DNA from: Octopus vulgaris
Taxonomy: Eukaryota
DNA length: 64,000 nucleotides
Direction of reading: 5' to 3'
Assembly (NCBI GenBank): GCA_951406725.2
Contig: OX597822.1
Location: 48,856,001-48,920,000, forward strand
This document shows positions 24,350 to 38,779 of the stretch, piece after piece. The stretch's first letter is position 1. The number at the start of each line of letters is the position of its first letter. The notes below the pieces were generated by a model. It did not search any database, was not told the DNA's origin, and saw only the letters and a list, made by a program, of their open reading frames with translations. The translations under genes and the position numbers were made by a program.

Positions 24350-24722
24350 TTATTACTTCCACCTTAGTAAAGGTGGAGGTATTATTTTCAGTTGTGTTTG
24401 TTTGTTTGTCCGTCCGTGGACAAGATATCTCAGGAACCGCTGGATAGATTCGGATAAAACTTTCAGAGATGTTTGACCTCATGACTGGCACAAATTGATT
24501 AGATTTTGGGGTCGATCTAGTACCAGACAAGGATTGTGGATTATTCTTCCTGTTTTTTACTTAATTTTTGAGAGCAATCGGGTTCATTTTTAGTATTCTC
24601 ATTTGAAAGAGTAGTCAAGTTCATTTCAGATATTCTCATTTTAAAAATCATCTCTGGCAAATCATTGAGAGGACGTTGGTGTTGCCTTGGTGGAGGTTTG
24701 CACTCTCTGAGTGCTCTTGTTT
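24350..24722 (+). mobile_element. Helentron-associated non-autonomous element (HINE/DINE-1-like)
   Basis: 5' subTIR plus nearby IR (ttattacttccacc...ggtggaggtatta), (tgtt/cgtc)n microsatellite, 3' subTIR ggtggaggt, hairpin gcactctctgagtgc, T-rich ends. Confidence 0.7.
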
Positions 24723-25865
24723 TATCATTATTATTTTTCTTTATCTTATCTTTATATTTTATTCAACACCCATTCTTTACATTAATCTACTTACCGTGTA
24801 TACATGTATGTATGTATGTATGTATGTATGTATGTATATATAGTAGGTGCTTGTATATATATGTATATGTACATATTATGTATGTAAATGTGTATATGTA
24901 TGTGTGTGTGTGTGTACACGTATGAGTGCATGTGCATGTGAGCAAGTGTATGTACTATATATATACACGTGTGTGTGTGTATGTGTACATGCTGTATCAT
25001 AGCAACAGACTTCAATCATAAGCTGTAAATTTTTAAAATTATATTTACTGAGTGTAGTGTGTGTATATATTAATGTGTATGTGTTTATGTATGTGCCTGT
25101 ATATGTGTGTGTGTAATGATACACACACACAAGATCCCATTCTTTCTATTTTTCTTGATTTCTTTACTCATTTCTTTATCTATGTATTTGCTTACTGGAT
25201 TTCCTTTGTGACTGCGCACTTATTTCTGTCTTCATTCCTGATATATCTCTCTCTCTCCCTCCCTCCCTGGCCAGGTGACCTTGTACTTCCTCTACAGCAA
25301 GACACCTTGTCTCTCTGCCTCACTCTAACCTCTCATCATCTGACACAAGATAACCAATGCCCCCTCCCCTCTCAAAAGATTTTTTTTCTGTCAGGGGTCT
25401 TGCAAGTACTTGGTGACCCTGTCAGTGCAGGTGCCATTTAAAAAGCCTCAAGTCTACACTGTAAAGTGGTTGGCATTTGGAAGGGCATCCAGCTATAAAA
25501 ACTTTACCAAAACTGACCTTGCTTGTTCTTGTGCCATATAAAAAGCACTAAGTTCACTCAGCAGAGTGGTTGGCATTTGGAAGGGCATCCAGCTGTAAAA
25601 ATCCTGCCAAAACAGTCACTGAAGTCTGGTGCAGGCTTCTGCCTGGCTGGCTCTTGTCAAACCATCCCACCTATGCCAGCATGAAAGGCAGATATTAAAC
25701 GATGAATGAAGATGAATGCCATAACAGGCAAACTATTTGAATTACCCACATGACATTATCATGCTTCATTCTGGAACAATCCAGAAGGAAACATATCAAC
25801 AACTACATAAACTCACAGGCCTTCAATATGAATATATTTACATATACATATATATATATATTACA

Positions 25866-25987
<122 letters not shown>

Positions 25988-26329
25988 GAAAATTCACAAA
26001 AAAAACACAAAGGATGAAGACACGTGGTGTAGAAAACAAAGAGATGTATTAGTATAACGCTTGGGAAGTGAAAAAGTTTTTAATGTTTCGAGCTTACGCT
26101 CTTCCACAGACAGAAACAAGGAGAGAAAATAAAGAATGTGTGGTGGTTAGCGATCTATCATATATATATAGATATATCATATATATTAGATATGTGTATA
26201 TATATATATATATAGATAGATAGAGAGACATAGATATAGATATATATATTAGATGTGTACATATATATATATATATGTATACATATATATATATGTATAT
26301 ATATTATATATGCATAATTATATTGTAAT

Positions 26330-26830
26330 TATCATCATCATCATCACCATCACCACTCCCTTTATCCTCATTGTTGCTGTTGTTAATTTTGTCAAATGAT
26401 CACTAGCACCACCATCACCCACACCACTACTATCACCACCAACACCACCACCATCATCACCACCACCACCACTACTATCAACACCACCACCACCACTATC
26501 ACCACCACCACTACTATCACCACCAACACCACCAACACCACCACCACTATCACCAACACCACCACTATCACCACCACCACCACCACCACTACTATCACTA
26601 CCCCACCACTACACCACTATCACCAACACCACTACTATCACCACCACCATCACCAACACCACCACTATAACCACCACCACCACTATCACCACCACCACCA
26701 CTTTTATCACCACCACAATCACCACTGCCACCACCACCACTATCACCACCACCACCACTACTATCACCACCACCATCATCACCACTATCACCACCAACAC
26801 CACCACTCCTCGATCCATCATCGCTGCCAC
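26330..26830. repeat. (CAC/ACT/ATC)n low-complexity trinucleotide tract
   Basis: Seen directly; produces the Thr/His/Val ORFs in the track. Confidence 0.95.
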
Positions 26831-27122
26831 TAGGTCGTAGATATATTCCAGGCCAGTGTTATGATGATGTTTTCTTCTTCCTGCATCACCAGAAAGTGGA
26901 TTTGACAAGACTTAATTTGGATGATTCCAGTTCAGGGTGGCACACACAGGGACCAGATAGTTGCTGACACCTTTGCCTGATCTTGCTGACTTTGAGCAGG
27001 TCTCCATTTGTCATATGTTGCTGCCATTTCATATCAGGACATATTTTATGAGGTACTGAATGTCAGCCAACACATTGCACTCAAATGTGATTGGCTAGAA
27101 AACCATGCCCCAACCAGCTTAA

Positions 27123-27346
27123 CACTTTCGTTACTGTATTTATCTTGAGATGCTCTGTGTTTCTTTCAACTGATTTTAAATATAACAAAGAATTTATTAA
27201 AATAACTTAGTTATCATTCAGCTAGTGTTAGGAACATAAATTGTGATTTAAGGTTTGGTGGAAGATTTTAATTCAAAACTTTTGAAAACAAGATATTTGT
27301 ACTACAGGGCCATGAGGCGGTTTCAGCCAGGCTGGTAACAAAAGGG
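27123..27346. mobile_element. piggyBac-type MITE
   Basis: TTAA on both sides; TIRs cactttcgttac / gtaacaaaaggg. A second family ending ...aaagggttaa has fragments at about 12825-12992, 21255-21402, 37250-37445, 39810-39920 plus 40755-40783, and 61595-61700. Confidence 0.65.
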
Positions 27347-29300
27347 TTAACGACCTCTCTCAAAATTCCCCTGCCCTCTCACACCCTACATATTAACATA
27401 TTGGCTCCTGGACCTCATTTTACGTTTTATCCCAGGGTCCCAATACGATATTTTAATTTTGACATGAGTGGTGTAATATTTTTACAGCATACCATATCTC
27501 TCAGAAAGCCCATAGGAAAGAGATTAAAAAATGACCGACTGGTGGATCAGGAGGAGCTCGCTTAATATACCACCACGACCCACCTGCAGGACATGTGGGA
27601 GCCAACATGTTAAGGAGTAGGTGGGGTACTTCTGTGAGTTGAAGTGCCAAAGTAAAATACAGACGTGAGGATGGAGAGGGGATGGGAGGGAGGTCACTCC
27701 ACCTGCTTGACATAGCAGCTATGGCCTATTGAAGCATAACCTTTACTGTCTTAAAGAAGGACTGTTACATTGTTTAATATAGTCCTAGATACATTATGCA
27801 CACACTCATACACTCATGCACTGACTCAGAACACCTTGTAGACTTAGGTTCACGCACACACATGCACAAATGCACACACATAGACCAAAATCTTCACACT
27901 CGTGCACACACACAGTCTCACAGAAAATATTATTCACACACACCCACACAAACACACATACTCACTCGCATGCATACACACACACTCATGTGTACACACA
28001 TATACACATGCACACTTACTCATTCTCATGCACACACACAAATACAAGCACATCCATCATATACACACACATCCAAACTTTTTTTAAACTTCAAAATGCC
28101 TTCTCTTGCCATTTCCTCAGATTTAAACTCTTAAGACCACAAACTAAGATGACCCTCACCCACCCACCCCCATCCCACTTCTGCTACCCAGCAACCTTCC
28201 TCCTCCTCCTCCTCCTCAGCCAATATCTTCACGGATGCATGCATGCAATTTCCTGACTGAATCAGTGAGAGAACCTCTACATGGTCGTTCGATGTGCTAG
28301 AAATAGCTGCCAAATCTCGCATTTTTATCATCTTAAAAAAGAACACATTGAGCAATGTAATTAGTGATATATCATATAGATGGCTTCGTTATGCCTGGAT
28401 CATCATTTGATTATAATTTGCTCAGACATAACTAACCTCAGGCTAAACATCAGCAACACTAACAACAACATCAGCCTGGTAAAAGATTTTATTTAATATA
28501 GAATAACTAAAAAGGCAGTGAGCTGGCAGTTGTGTACTGGGGTCGATCTAATCGACTGGCCCCCTCCCCCAAAATTTCAGACCTTGTGCCTAAAATAGAA
28601 AAGAATATTCTGTCTCTGAAAGGCAGCGTGCTGGCAGAAATGTTAGTACACCGGGTGAAATGCTTAGTGGTATTTCGTCTGTCTTTATGTTCTGAGTTCA
28701 AATTCCATTCAGGTCGACTTTGCCTTTCATCCTTTTGGGGTCGACAAATTAAGTACCAGTTGTGTGCTGGGGTCGATGTAATCGACTAGTCCTCTCTACC
28801 AAAATAGCTAATGACCAAGATTTTTTAATTAACATCTCTTATCTTTTACTTGTTACAGTCATTGGACTGTGGCCATGCTGGGGCAGCACCTTGAAGGGGC
28901 TTTAGTAGAACAAATCAACCCCAGGGTTTTTTTTTTCAAAGTCTGGTACTTATTCTATTGGTCTCTTTTTTGCCGAATCACAAAGTTGCAGGGACATAAA
29001 CAAACCCTCACTGGTTGACAAACAATGGTGAGGAGACAAACACAAATACACACACACACATACGATGGGCTTCCAAACAGTTCACAAGGTATTAATAAAA
29101 CTGGGGCTATTGTAGAAGGTCCCACACTGGGGGAAAGGACCAGAAACCCCATGCTTACAAAGCGAACTTCCTAACCACGCTTATTTTTCTGATTACTGAA
29201 TCTTAATTACTGTGAAATTGCAGGGTGACACACAACTGACATCAGGAATAGGTGAGACAAATTACTGAAATTATAATTGGGTTGGTGAATTATAATTATA

Positions 29301-29861
29301 ATTGGGTTGGTGAAATTATAACTAAGGTAGCACCTCTTATTGCGGATTTTTGCAACAAATTTTATTCAACAAAAACAATAACAACATGTAACAAAAACAT
29401 TTTTAAATGATTATTCTGGAACATATTCGTCATCTACTTCAATTACTGCTTCCCATTTGCTTGGCAAACGGTCAATTCCACAGGCGAAGAAGTTACTGTT
29501 CTTAGAGGCAATCCACTCTTCAATGGTGGCCACCAAGTCATCAGAAACTTTGTTTGTGAGCCAATTTTTCAGCGATCGATCGGCATGATAGTCTGTAGGT
29601 GCTTCTGTGGGAGAATATGACGGATGCGGAAGCAGTTCCCAGCACTTGTTGGCTATAGATTCAACAACACGATGCTCAACATGTGGGTACGCCTTATTGT
29701 GGTGGAAGCCAATATGACGAATGTGGATATGATTTTCAATACACATTTTTATGAAAAAAAAAATGACCGTCATTTAAAGATGTTTTTGTTAAATATTGTT
29801 ATTGCTTTTGTTGAATAAAATTTGTTGAAAACAGCCCCAAATATTATGCACCAACCCAATA
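29301..29861 (-). mobile_element. Internally deleted mariner element
   Basis: ORF 29411-29773 carries the mariner C-terminus WELLPHPSYSPTEAPTDYH...GIDRLPSKWEAVIEVDDEY. TIRs ttgggttggtg / caccaacccaa extend about 90 bp. Confidence 0.85.
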
Positions 29862-29867
29862 TTATTA

Positions 29868-30975
29868 AGGTAACAAGATAGCAGAATTGTTAGCCTGTTG
29901 GGAAAAATGCTTAGCGATATTTTGTCCATCTTTATGTTCTGGGTTCAAATTCTGCCAGGATCAACTTTGCCTTTCATCTTTTTGGGGGTCAACAAAATAA
30001 GTATCAGTTAAACACTAGGGCTGATTTAATTGACTTAGGACCTCTCCCAAAATTGCTAGCCTAGGGTCAAAATTTGAAATCATTATTATTAATATCATTA
30101 TTATAGATGAAGGTGACAAGCTAGCAGAAACATTAGCATGCCAGGCAAAATTCTTAGTGGTATTTTGTCTGTCTTTACATTCTGAGTTCAAATTTCACCA
30201 AGGTCGACTTTGCTTTTCATTCTTTCGGGGTTAATAAATTAAGTACCAGTTGTGTACTGGGGTTGATCTAATCTATTGGACTCTCCCAAAAGATTTTGGG
30301 CCTTGTGCCCAGAGTAGAAAAGAATATGGTGCAAATTTGAAAGGTGGTGACATACCAGTTACAAACTGGGGTCGATGTAATCAACTTAAACCTTCCACAC
30401 AAATTTCAGGCTTTGTGCCTTTAATAGAAAGGATTATTATTATTATTATCATTATTATTATAATTGCCTTTGCACAGCTTCTAACACTGGGGATGTACTA
30501 CAGAGTCATCTGTTCACTACCATTGAACTAAGGTAACACCTCTTATTTTTCGAGCACCTTCTGGAGTATTCCAGCAGTTCCAAGCAAGTGCTGTTTTCTG
30601 CAAGTGCTCCACCCTTATTGCAGACCCTTTGTTCCATGTAGACAAAATGCTTAGCAGTATTCTTTCCAGCTCTTTAGAAATTTAAGTTCAAGCTCCACCA
30701 AGGTTAACTTTGCTTTTCAGCCTCTCAGAGTCAATAAAATACATACCAGTTACAAACTGGGGTTGATGTAATCAACTAGCCTCCTCCCCGCAAGTTTCAG
30801 GCCTTGTGCCTGTTGTAGAAAGACCAGCTACGACTATTATATATTTTAAGTTCAAATTCTGCAATGGTTGACTTTAGCTTTCATCCTTCTGGGGTTTTGA
30901 TAAAATAAAGTACTGGGATTGATATCAACTGTCCCCATCCCTCACCAAATTTCTGCCTGCATACCTATATCAGAA
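29868..30975 (+). mobile_element. Cluster of at least 4 same-strand SINE family B copies
   Basis: Repeated gagttcaaatt...gactttgcctttcatc...taccag modules at about 29868, 30111, 30640 and 30845. Confidence 0.75.
30433..30625 (-). mobile_element. R4/Dong-like (RLE-type) LINE 3' end with (TAA)n tail
   Basis: Minus strand reads approximately IRVEHLQKTAL(fs)LGTAGILQKVLEK*, like the LQKxxLLGTAxILRKVL C-terminus. A short UTR and (TAA)n follow. Confidence 0.55.
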
Positions 30976-32052
30976 CTCCTTACAATTGACCTGATCGATT
31001 CTGAGTTCTAACCCTATCAGGGCCGACTTTACAGTTACCTTTTCTGTTGGGTGGAAGTTAATGAAATAAATACCATATTTTAACATGTATTAGAAACCCG
31101 TTTTTGTCAAAAATTAGGTTAAAAAAATATGGGAGTTTCTTATACATGGATAGTATTATAATCCCTTACAAAGCCTTTTCCAAATTTTTAGACCCCAAAA
31201 TTAGGGGGTTCCTTATACACGTTAAAATACAGTACTTTTCATATGTTGACTGATCAATATAATGCATTGACCATATTTCCCTCAAAATCTGTGGCCCTGG
31301 GGCCAATGTCAGAAATAATCATGATTTATTATTTTTTTATTCTTTCATTTGTTTCAGTCTATTGACTGCAGCCATGCTGGAGCACCGTCTTTAGTAGAAC
31401 TAATTGACCCCGGGAATTATTCTTTGTAAGCCTAGTACTTATTCTATTGGTCTCTTTTGCCGAACCACTAAGTTATAGGGACATAAACACACCAATATCG
31501 GTTTTCAAGTGATGTTGGGGGGGGGGGTACAAACGGAGACACAAACATACACACACACACATATATTATATGTATTATATATGACAGGCTTCCTTCAGTT
31601 TCCATCTACTGAATCCACTCACAAAGCTTTGGTCAGCCTGAGGCTTTAGTAGAAGACACTTGCCCAAGGTGCCACATAGTAGGACTGAACTTGGAACCAT
31701 GTGGTTTGTTTCAAATATTGTTGTTTTGTTAATTGCAGCTTTTGTTTGCTTTTTGTTATTTTTTGTTGTTGTTATTTATGTTGTTATTCCTTTGTATATA
31801 AAATTTAATTATAATTTAATGTTTACTGATTATAATTGAAGGCAGATTCTAATTAATTTCACCTGTATATAAAGAAGAAAGAAAAGAGGAGGAGGAGGAG
31901 AGAAAGACTGAGAAAGAGAGGGGAGAGAGAAAGCGGGAAGGCGGTTGTGGCAGGTGTTGTAGTTGTTGTTGTTGTCACTGACTGAAGACATTGTTACCAT
32001 CATAATTCGCTAATGAGATAGAATGTATTAACTACATATAATGTGTATGCAC

Positions 32053-32095
<43 letters not shown>

Positions 32096-32460
32096 GATAT
32101 GTGTGTGTGTATATCATCATCATACATGTTTGTATGTGTATGTGTATATTATCATGTATATATATATGTAATATATATATACACATATATATATATGTAT
32201 GTATATATATATATATATATTATATACACATATATACATATATATATGTATATATATGGGTAAAAGAGGGTTAGATGATGGGGGTGGTGTTTTCAAAGGG
32301 CTGACATGTGCAACATGATCACCTCTGCTGACCAAACTGCCAACCCACGCGCTCCTGTCGCAACAGAACTGGGTTGGGTGTGAAAACCAACTTTAAAGTA
32401 TAAATATAGATGTTTTTGAATCAGCAATATTGTGTTCGGTTAAGTCCTATTTGTGGTGAA

Positions 32461-32647
32461 AAATCAATAAACTTATTCCTTATGAAGTTTTCCATTTAAT
32501 CAGGTTAAAATAAAAAATCAATAAACTGATTCCTTATGGAGTTTTCCATTTAATCAGGTTAAAATAAAAAATCAATAAACTTATTCCTTATGGAGTTTTC
32601 CATTTAATCAGGTTAAAATAAAAAATCGATAAACTGATTCCTTATAG
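32461..32647. repeat. 54-bp tandem repeat about x3.4, probably inside a decayed Helitron (about 32260-33003, +)
   Basis: aaatcaataaac units start at 32461, 32515, 32569 and 32623, with a diverged unit at about 32809. The 3' end cccgagcaaacccaggctatactgcttg resembles the Helitron end at 9698-9727. Confidence 0.8.
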
Positions 32648-33003
32648 GACTTCCCACTAAAATAGGCTACATCCCATTTTCAACCAAAACTTTTACTAAT
32701 TTTGTTGTATTTTGTTCAAACTTGATGCCAGCATTACTTAGGATTCATGGGATCTTTGAATGCTTTAAGTTCTCCAAAAACGGAAAAAAGAAAAATCAAT
32801 GAATGGAAAAAATCGATAAACCGATTCCTTATGGGATTACCCAATCAAGTTGTCTGCAACTCATTTTCAGCCAAAAGTTTACCAACTTCAACGGATTTCG
32901 CCCAAATTTGACATTGATGTTATTTAGTTTGGTCTGAAATAAAGGACTTGATTAGCTTAATAATCCTAACTTAATCCCGAGCAAACCCAGGCTATACTGC
33001 TTG

Positions 33004-33034
<31 letters not shown>

Positions 33035-33427
33035 AGAGGGAGAAAGAGCAGTTAAAGCCAAACTCCAATGTGTTGAATGGCCATTGTTTTTTAGAAATAA
33101 AGATAAAATGAATTCAAACAGACTTTTTTCTCCTTGGTATTTTCGTACCAAGGAAAAAAGTCTGTTTGGCTTAAACTGCTCTTTCTCCCTATCTTTGTCT
33201 TTATATATATAAAGACAATTTGCCGCAGATTAGAAAGTGTGTTTGAATGTGGATGAAGAAGTCTGTTTCTTCGCCCACTCTTATTTTTTCTATATACATA
33301 AATATATATATATATATATACATACATATATACATACATATATACATACATATATATATACATACATATATACATACATACATACATATATACATACATA
33401 CATATATACATACATACATATACACAC

Positions 33428-33487
<60 letters not shown>

Positions 33488-34668
33488 CAAAGTAACATTT
33501 AAAAAAAAATAGCCATTTCCTACGGCTGACTAAAATCATTCTAATGAAAGGCGTCATAATGTATTTTTCTTTCTTTATGTGTTAATTGATATCAGACATC
33601 GTGTCCTGCGTCCACCTAGTGGTCATTCTGCCCAGTTCACCAATATGACATTGATCAGTTTATACAGTATAGTTTGCGGCTAACCAACAGTAAAGAATAA
33701 TAATAATAATGAGTATAAAAAATTAACCCATCCAGCTAAAAGTTAACTTGTAACCCAACAACTTGTAAATAGCTATAAATATGAAATATATATATATATA
33801 TATACAATAATAATAATTATAATTATAATAATATTAACATTAAAAAAATTAATTAAAAATATATATATAATAAAAAATAAAAACAATTTCTCTCAAATTT
33901 TTGTCTTGTTCTTTTCTTTTTTGAATTGTAATTCTGTTAATTTCGTTCTGTGTTATGGTTGGTGTATTAATACATCATCATCATCATTATCATCATAATC
34001 ATCATCATTATCGTTTAACGTTCGCTTTCCATGCTGGCATGGGTAGGATTATTTGACTGAAGACTGGCGAACCAGATGGCTGCACCAGGCTCCAATCTGA
34101 TCTGGCAGAGTTTCTACAGCTGGATGCCCTTCCTAATGCCAACCACTCTAAGAGTGTAGTGGGTGCTTTTACCTGCCACCAGCACGAGGGCCAGTCAAGC
34201 AGTACTGGCAACGGCCATGCTCAAATGGTGCTTTTTATGTGCCACCTGCACAGGAGCCAGTCCAGAAGTACTGGCAAGAACCTCACCCGAATGTTTTTTC
34301 ATGTGCCACCAGCACAAGTGCCAGTAAGGCAACGCAGGTAATGATCACGCTTGAATGGTGCTTTTTACGTGCCACTAGCATGGAGGCCAGTTTGTTGCTC
34401 TGGAAATGATCACGCTCCTATGGTGCCCTTAGTGCTCCACTAGCATGGATGTCAGTCATTGAATTCGATTTCGATTTCACTTGCCTCAACAGGTCTTCAC
34501 AAGCAGACTTTAGTGTCCAATGAAGGAAAGGTACGCATAAGTGGGCCAACCACTCCAAGAGTGTAGTGGGTGCTTTTACGATATTTGAATTTTTTTTATT
34601 TGCTTTACTGGGACATATTTTATCAACATATTTTGACAGGAAAAAAAGAAATAAAAAAACATTAAAAA

Positions 34669-35999
34669 TACAAAGTGGGCCAGAATTCATGACTCTCATG
34701 TTAGATATATTTATTAATATGCTCACGTACAAAGTTAACGAACGCATGGTTTAGTTAAATTAGTTTTCCATCTCATGGCCAACTGGGCCTCCTTCTGCTG
34801 CAACACTGGTTTGAAACCATATTGAAACACTTAACATGCTTTATGACACATGTCTACCAGCATTGTTTCATATTCTTGGATAATAACTTGTTTAAGATGT
34901 TCAAGACTGTTAATCTTCTGATGATAGTCACGGTCTTTTAGATAATCCCACAAAAAAAAGCCTGGTTGTGTTAAATCAGATGAGCAAGCTGACCACTCGA
35001 TAGGCTCTCACTTCCCAATCCAACAATCAAGGAAAATTTCATTCAGCCAGTCATGGACAGCCAGTGAATAATGTTGGGAAGTACCCCCTGCTGCCACCAT
35101 AATTCTTTAAAGCCTTCTTGTTCTTTTAACTTAGGGAGAACTTGGTTTTGTAAAAGTTTCAGATACGAGACCTCATTTACGCCACCTTCTATAAACAATG
35201 GCCCCCATGTGTCTGTTGTAACTCACACCTGCCTACACCATTATGCCAGAACTCTTGTGGTCATACTCATTCGTGATTTGTGGATTTCATGTATGCCAAA
35301 CAACAGACCCTGAAACGTAAAATTTTGACATGTCAGTCCAGAAAATATGTTCTTCCAATGTTGGGTCATCTTGCAGTTTGCAGAACTGCAAGCGACAATC
35401 TGGATCATCCTCCATTAATCCATGAATCAAACAAGGGATTTAAGGATACAGATTCGTATTATGGAGCAAGCATCTTAAAGAAGTCCTTGAAATGTTCGGA
35501 TCTGATAAATGTCCTGATGACTTGGATTTTTGTTCTCAAGTGTTCTTTATTTTCATTTGTTCAAACAGATCTTAGTCATCCTGGTCTTTTTCGGTTCACA
35601 ACATTACCTGTTTCATCAAATGACTTGTTAATCCTAGCAAAAGTCTTTTTCATAGATGCTGGTGGCCCATAAGTTGCTTCCATTACTCTGCACACTGCAG
35701 TAATGTTATCCATTTTAGCAAGTAATCTCACACATTGAACACGTTTCTCCAAGATTGGCAGAGAATGTGCCATGGGGTCAATCACATTCTGGAAAAAATT
35801 TAAAAAAACCTATTATGCATATTAACAAATAAAATAATAAATTTAAACATGTGCAGGAGTGACTGTGTGGTAAGTAGCTTGCTTACCAACCACATGGTTT
35901 CGGGTTCAGTCCCACTGTGTGGCACCTTAGGCAAGTGTCTTCTACTATAGCCTTGTGAGTGGATTTGGTAGACGGAAACTGAAAGAAGCCCGTCGTATA

Positions 36000-36031
<32 letters not shown>

Positions 36032-36334
36032 AGTGTGTATGTATGTGTGTGTCTGTGTTTGTCCCCCACCCACCATTGCTTGACAACCAATGTTGGTGTG
36101 TTCATGGCCCCATAACTTAGCAGTTTGACAAAAGAGTCCGATAGGATAAGTACTAGGCTTACAAAGAATAAGTTGAGAGAGTTAATTTCTTCGACTAAAG
36201 GTGGTGCTCCAGCATGGCCGCAGTCAAATTACCAAAACAAATAAAAGAGTAAAAGACTAACACAATAACAATAAAATAAGCATATTAAGAAATAAAACTA
36301 ATTAGTGAGTCGTGAATTTTGGCCCCACCCTGTA
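34669..36334 (-). mobile_element. Decayed Tc1/mariner-superfamily transposon with nested SINE A
   Basis: TIRs tacaaagtgggccagaattcatgactca / tgagtcgtgaattttggccccaccctgta. Minus-strand remnants: HTH-like INKSFDETGNVVNRKRPG, WWQQ.G, and EWSACSSDLTQPGFFLWDYLKD (WPxxSPDLTPxDFFLWGYLK-like). SINE A at 35851-36256. Confidence 0.8.
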
Positions 36335-36946
36335 TAAAAGATCAAATTATGGAGAAAAAACTCATAGTAACCTCACCAAAGAAACAAAATAAAAGGAAAA
36401 AAAAAAACGTGCTGGGAGATTAAGCAGCAGATGGGGACGGGAACGGGGGACGGGGAAATGGGTTGTACCCCACCCCCAGAGCCAACGGCTTCTTCAGTCA
36501 CACCTTGTGGACATGATTGCAAAGGCATTGCCATGGAGAATGACCAGCAGCACTCACTGTAACATTCAGTCCATTTTGCAGGGCTCATTTCTCAGGGAGC
36601 CAACAGTCACCCCAATTTTATGGAGAAAACAGGTAGTGTGGGGTCTGAGAACACCCAAGGTTTTGACGGCAGCCAGCACAAACTGATAATGTCCAGTTAT
36701 GCTCCTGTGTTTGTTTATCTTCTGCTCCTTTGTGTTACGGGTATCAATATCCAGGGTTGCAAGTAATGCAGCCGGACAGGAACCAGAGAAGATGCCATAT
36801 CCCTCATTTGTGATCTGCCTCTCTCGTAGAGGAAGAAAGTTATTCCATCAGGGTGCTTACCATACTTGATTGTGTTTGAGGACACTTAATTCTCAGTATA
36901 TTACTATCTTCAAACCAGTTACAAGATTATTTTCTTTCAAATACCC

Positions 36947-37240
36947 CATGGCAGATAAAATACAAACACGAGAAATTAAAAGGCATGCATTCATTGTTGA
37001 CATGTTTACAGAATGAAGTGATTTAGAAAATTGCCAAACTTCTAAAGGTTGCAGGATCCTTTGTACATAAAATTCAGATGGAACTGGAAGCAGCTGGTGG
37101 GTATGTTTCATCTGTATCAAAGACAGAAAAAAGAAAAATTCTAAATGTTCAGATTTAAGAATACTGCAGCTCAGATATTGTCAATGATGATCTCAAGAAA
37201 TTGATGGAGTCCTGTGTCAGAGAGATACTCGAGAACTTCT
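36947..37240 (+). mobile_element. Tc1/maT-like transposase N-terminal relic
   Basis: MADKIQTREIKRHAFIV...SDLEIAKLLKVAGSFVHKIQMELEAAGG, an HTH-like segment with frameshifts. Assignment from recalled motif. Confidence 0.5.
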
Positions 37241-38779
37241 GGAACATTCTTAACTCCTTAGTATTCAAATCAGCCATATTCAGCCTAGATATTCTGTCTG
37301 TTTTATGTTCAAACTGACCAGATCAGACATCTCACACCTACTCTGCAATGTCATTCTGAAAATAAACAATCACATCAATGAAATCTCAAAGCTATGAGAT
37401 GAAGCGGGATTAATTCAAAACAATGTGATGAAATAAGCAATGCATTCTTGGAGTGGTTGGCATTAGGAAGGGCATCCAGCTGTAGAAACCTTGCCTGATC
37501 AGATTGGAGCCTGGTGTAGCCTCCTGGTTTGCCAGCCCTCAGTCAAACCGTCCAACTCATGCCAGCATGGAAAGTGGACATTAAATGATGACAATGATGT
37601 ATATGCATGCATTTGAGAGAATAAACTGAATGCTGAAAGGACAACCTTATTCCACTCTCATGATACAGATTTATCCCCAATTCCAGCTATTGGGTCCAAC
37701 AGGTTCAGGAATTGCTGAAAAACTTCAGCAAAAACTGATCCTCACTGAAAAGCATTAGCAAAAATTGACCTTCACACTCTCTCACACCACAATGCTTAAT
37801 CCAGTTTATGTGAAATAAGTTGTAGCCAGCCATGCGAAATAATTGTCACGGTCTGTAGGTTGTGGGCTGGTTGGGTCCATGAATGAAAATGTTTCTTGGA
37901 CTGCAAAGAAGTAATTGAACAACACCTGTAAACATTTAACTGAAGAATTTATTGTTGCACATAAAGGACAAACTGTGTCGGTCTTTTACAGATATCAACA
38001 GCAATAATGACACACTGGGAGTGAGAGATGCTGCTTGGCAAGCTATTGATACATCAACCTGTGTGCTCAGCATAAGAGGAAACAATTGTGTTATATTCAT
38101 GGTGACAGAGATTCTTGCCATCTATCATCTGTGTCATCTCTCTTAGTCACCTTCCTGGGTCATCTGGCCGATAAAAAAAGTATGCTGAACAGATTTTATA
38201 GGGGACTGGAAGCTATATTTTAAAATGCTTGAGAAAACCTGTCCACATCATCGCTTCATGTTGATTGGTTGGTTAACAGACCAATCATGTGAAACTAGGG
38301 TGGTTTGCTCGTGATGTCTGACTACATATCCAGGAATTTGGTTTTGAATCACTTCTACATAACCATCACAGAGTAAAGAATGAACACAGGTTTTTTTGTG
38401 GCTAATGAAATGAAGCTGACTACTTTCAACAAAAGAATAAAAAAAAGCAGACCTTGGTACATAAACCTTGGACATTTAAAAACTTTAAATTATATTTGTC
38501 ATTGAATCCTTCCATAATTCATAGGGGATGGTTCATTGATTTTCATTTAGTCTGCCAGCAGGTTTGGGAGGAAAGCATTCTGGTAGATACAGGTGTGGTT
38601 GTGACGTAAGAATTTAGCTTCCCAACCACATGGTTCTGGGTTCAGCCCCACAAATCAAACATCAATGAAATAATAAAATTTTTGCCATTTCCCTGTGGAT
38701 GGCCAGTTTTTATTCAAAATTGATGGTGAGGAAAGACACACAGGTGAAGAAAGGACAGATTCAACTCCTTAGTATTCTA

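Noticed and set aside
26396-26833. Thr/His-rich mucin-like ORF
   Set aside because: Pure trinucleotide low-complexity tract with no signal peptide or exon context.
37620-38560. Unique-looking sequence with short ORFs, possible second gene
   Set aside because: No recognisable protein motif or consistent splice chain. Possibly a decayed transposon; cannot be supported either way.
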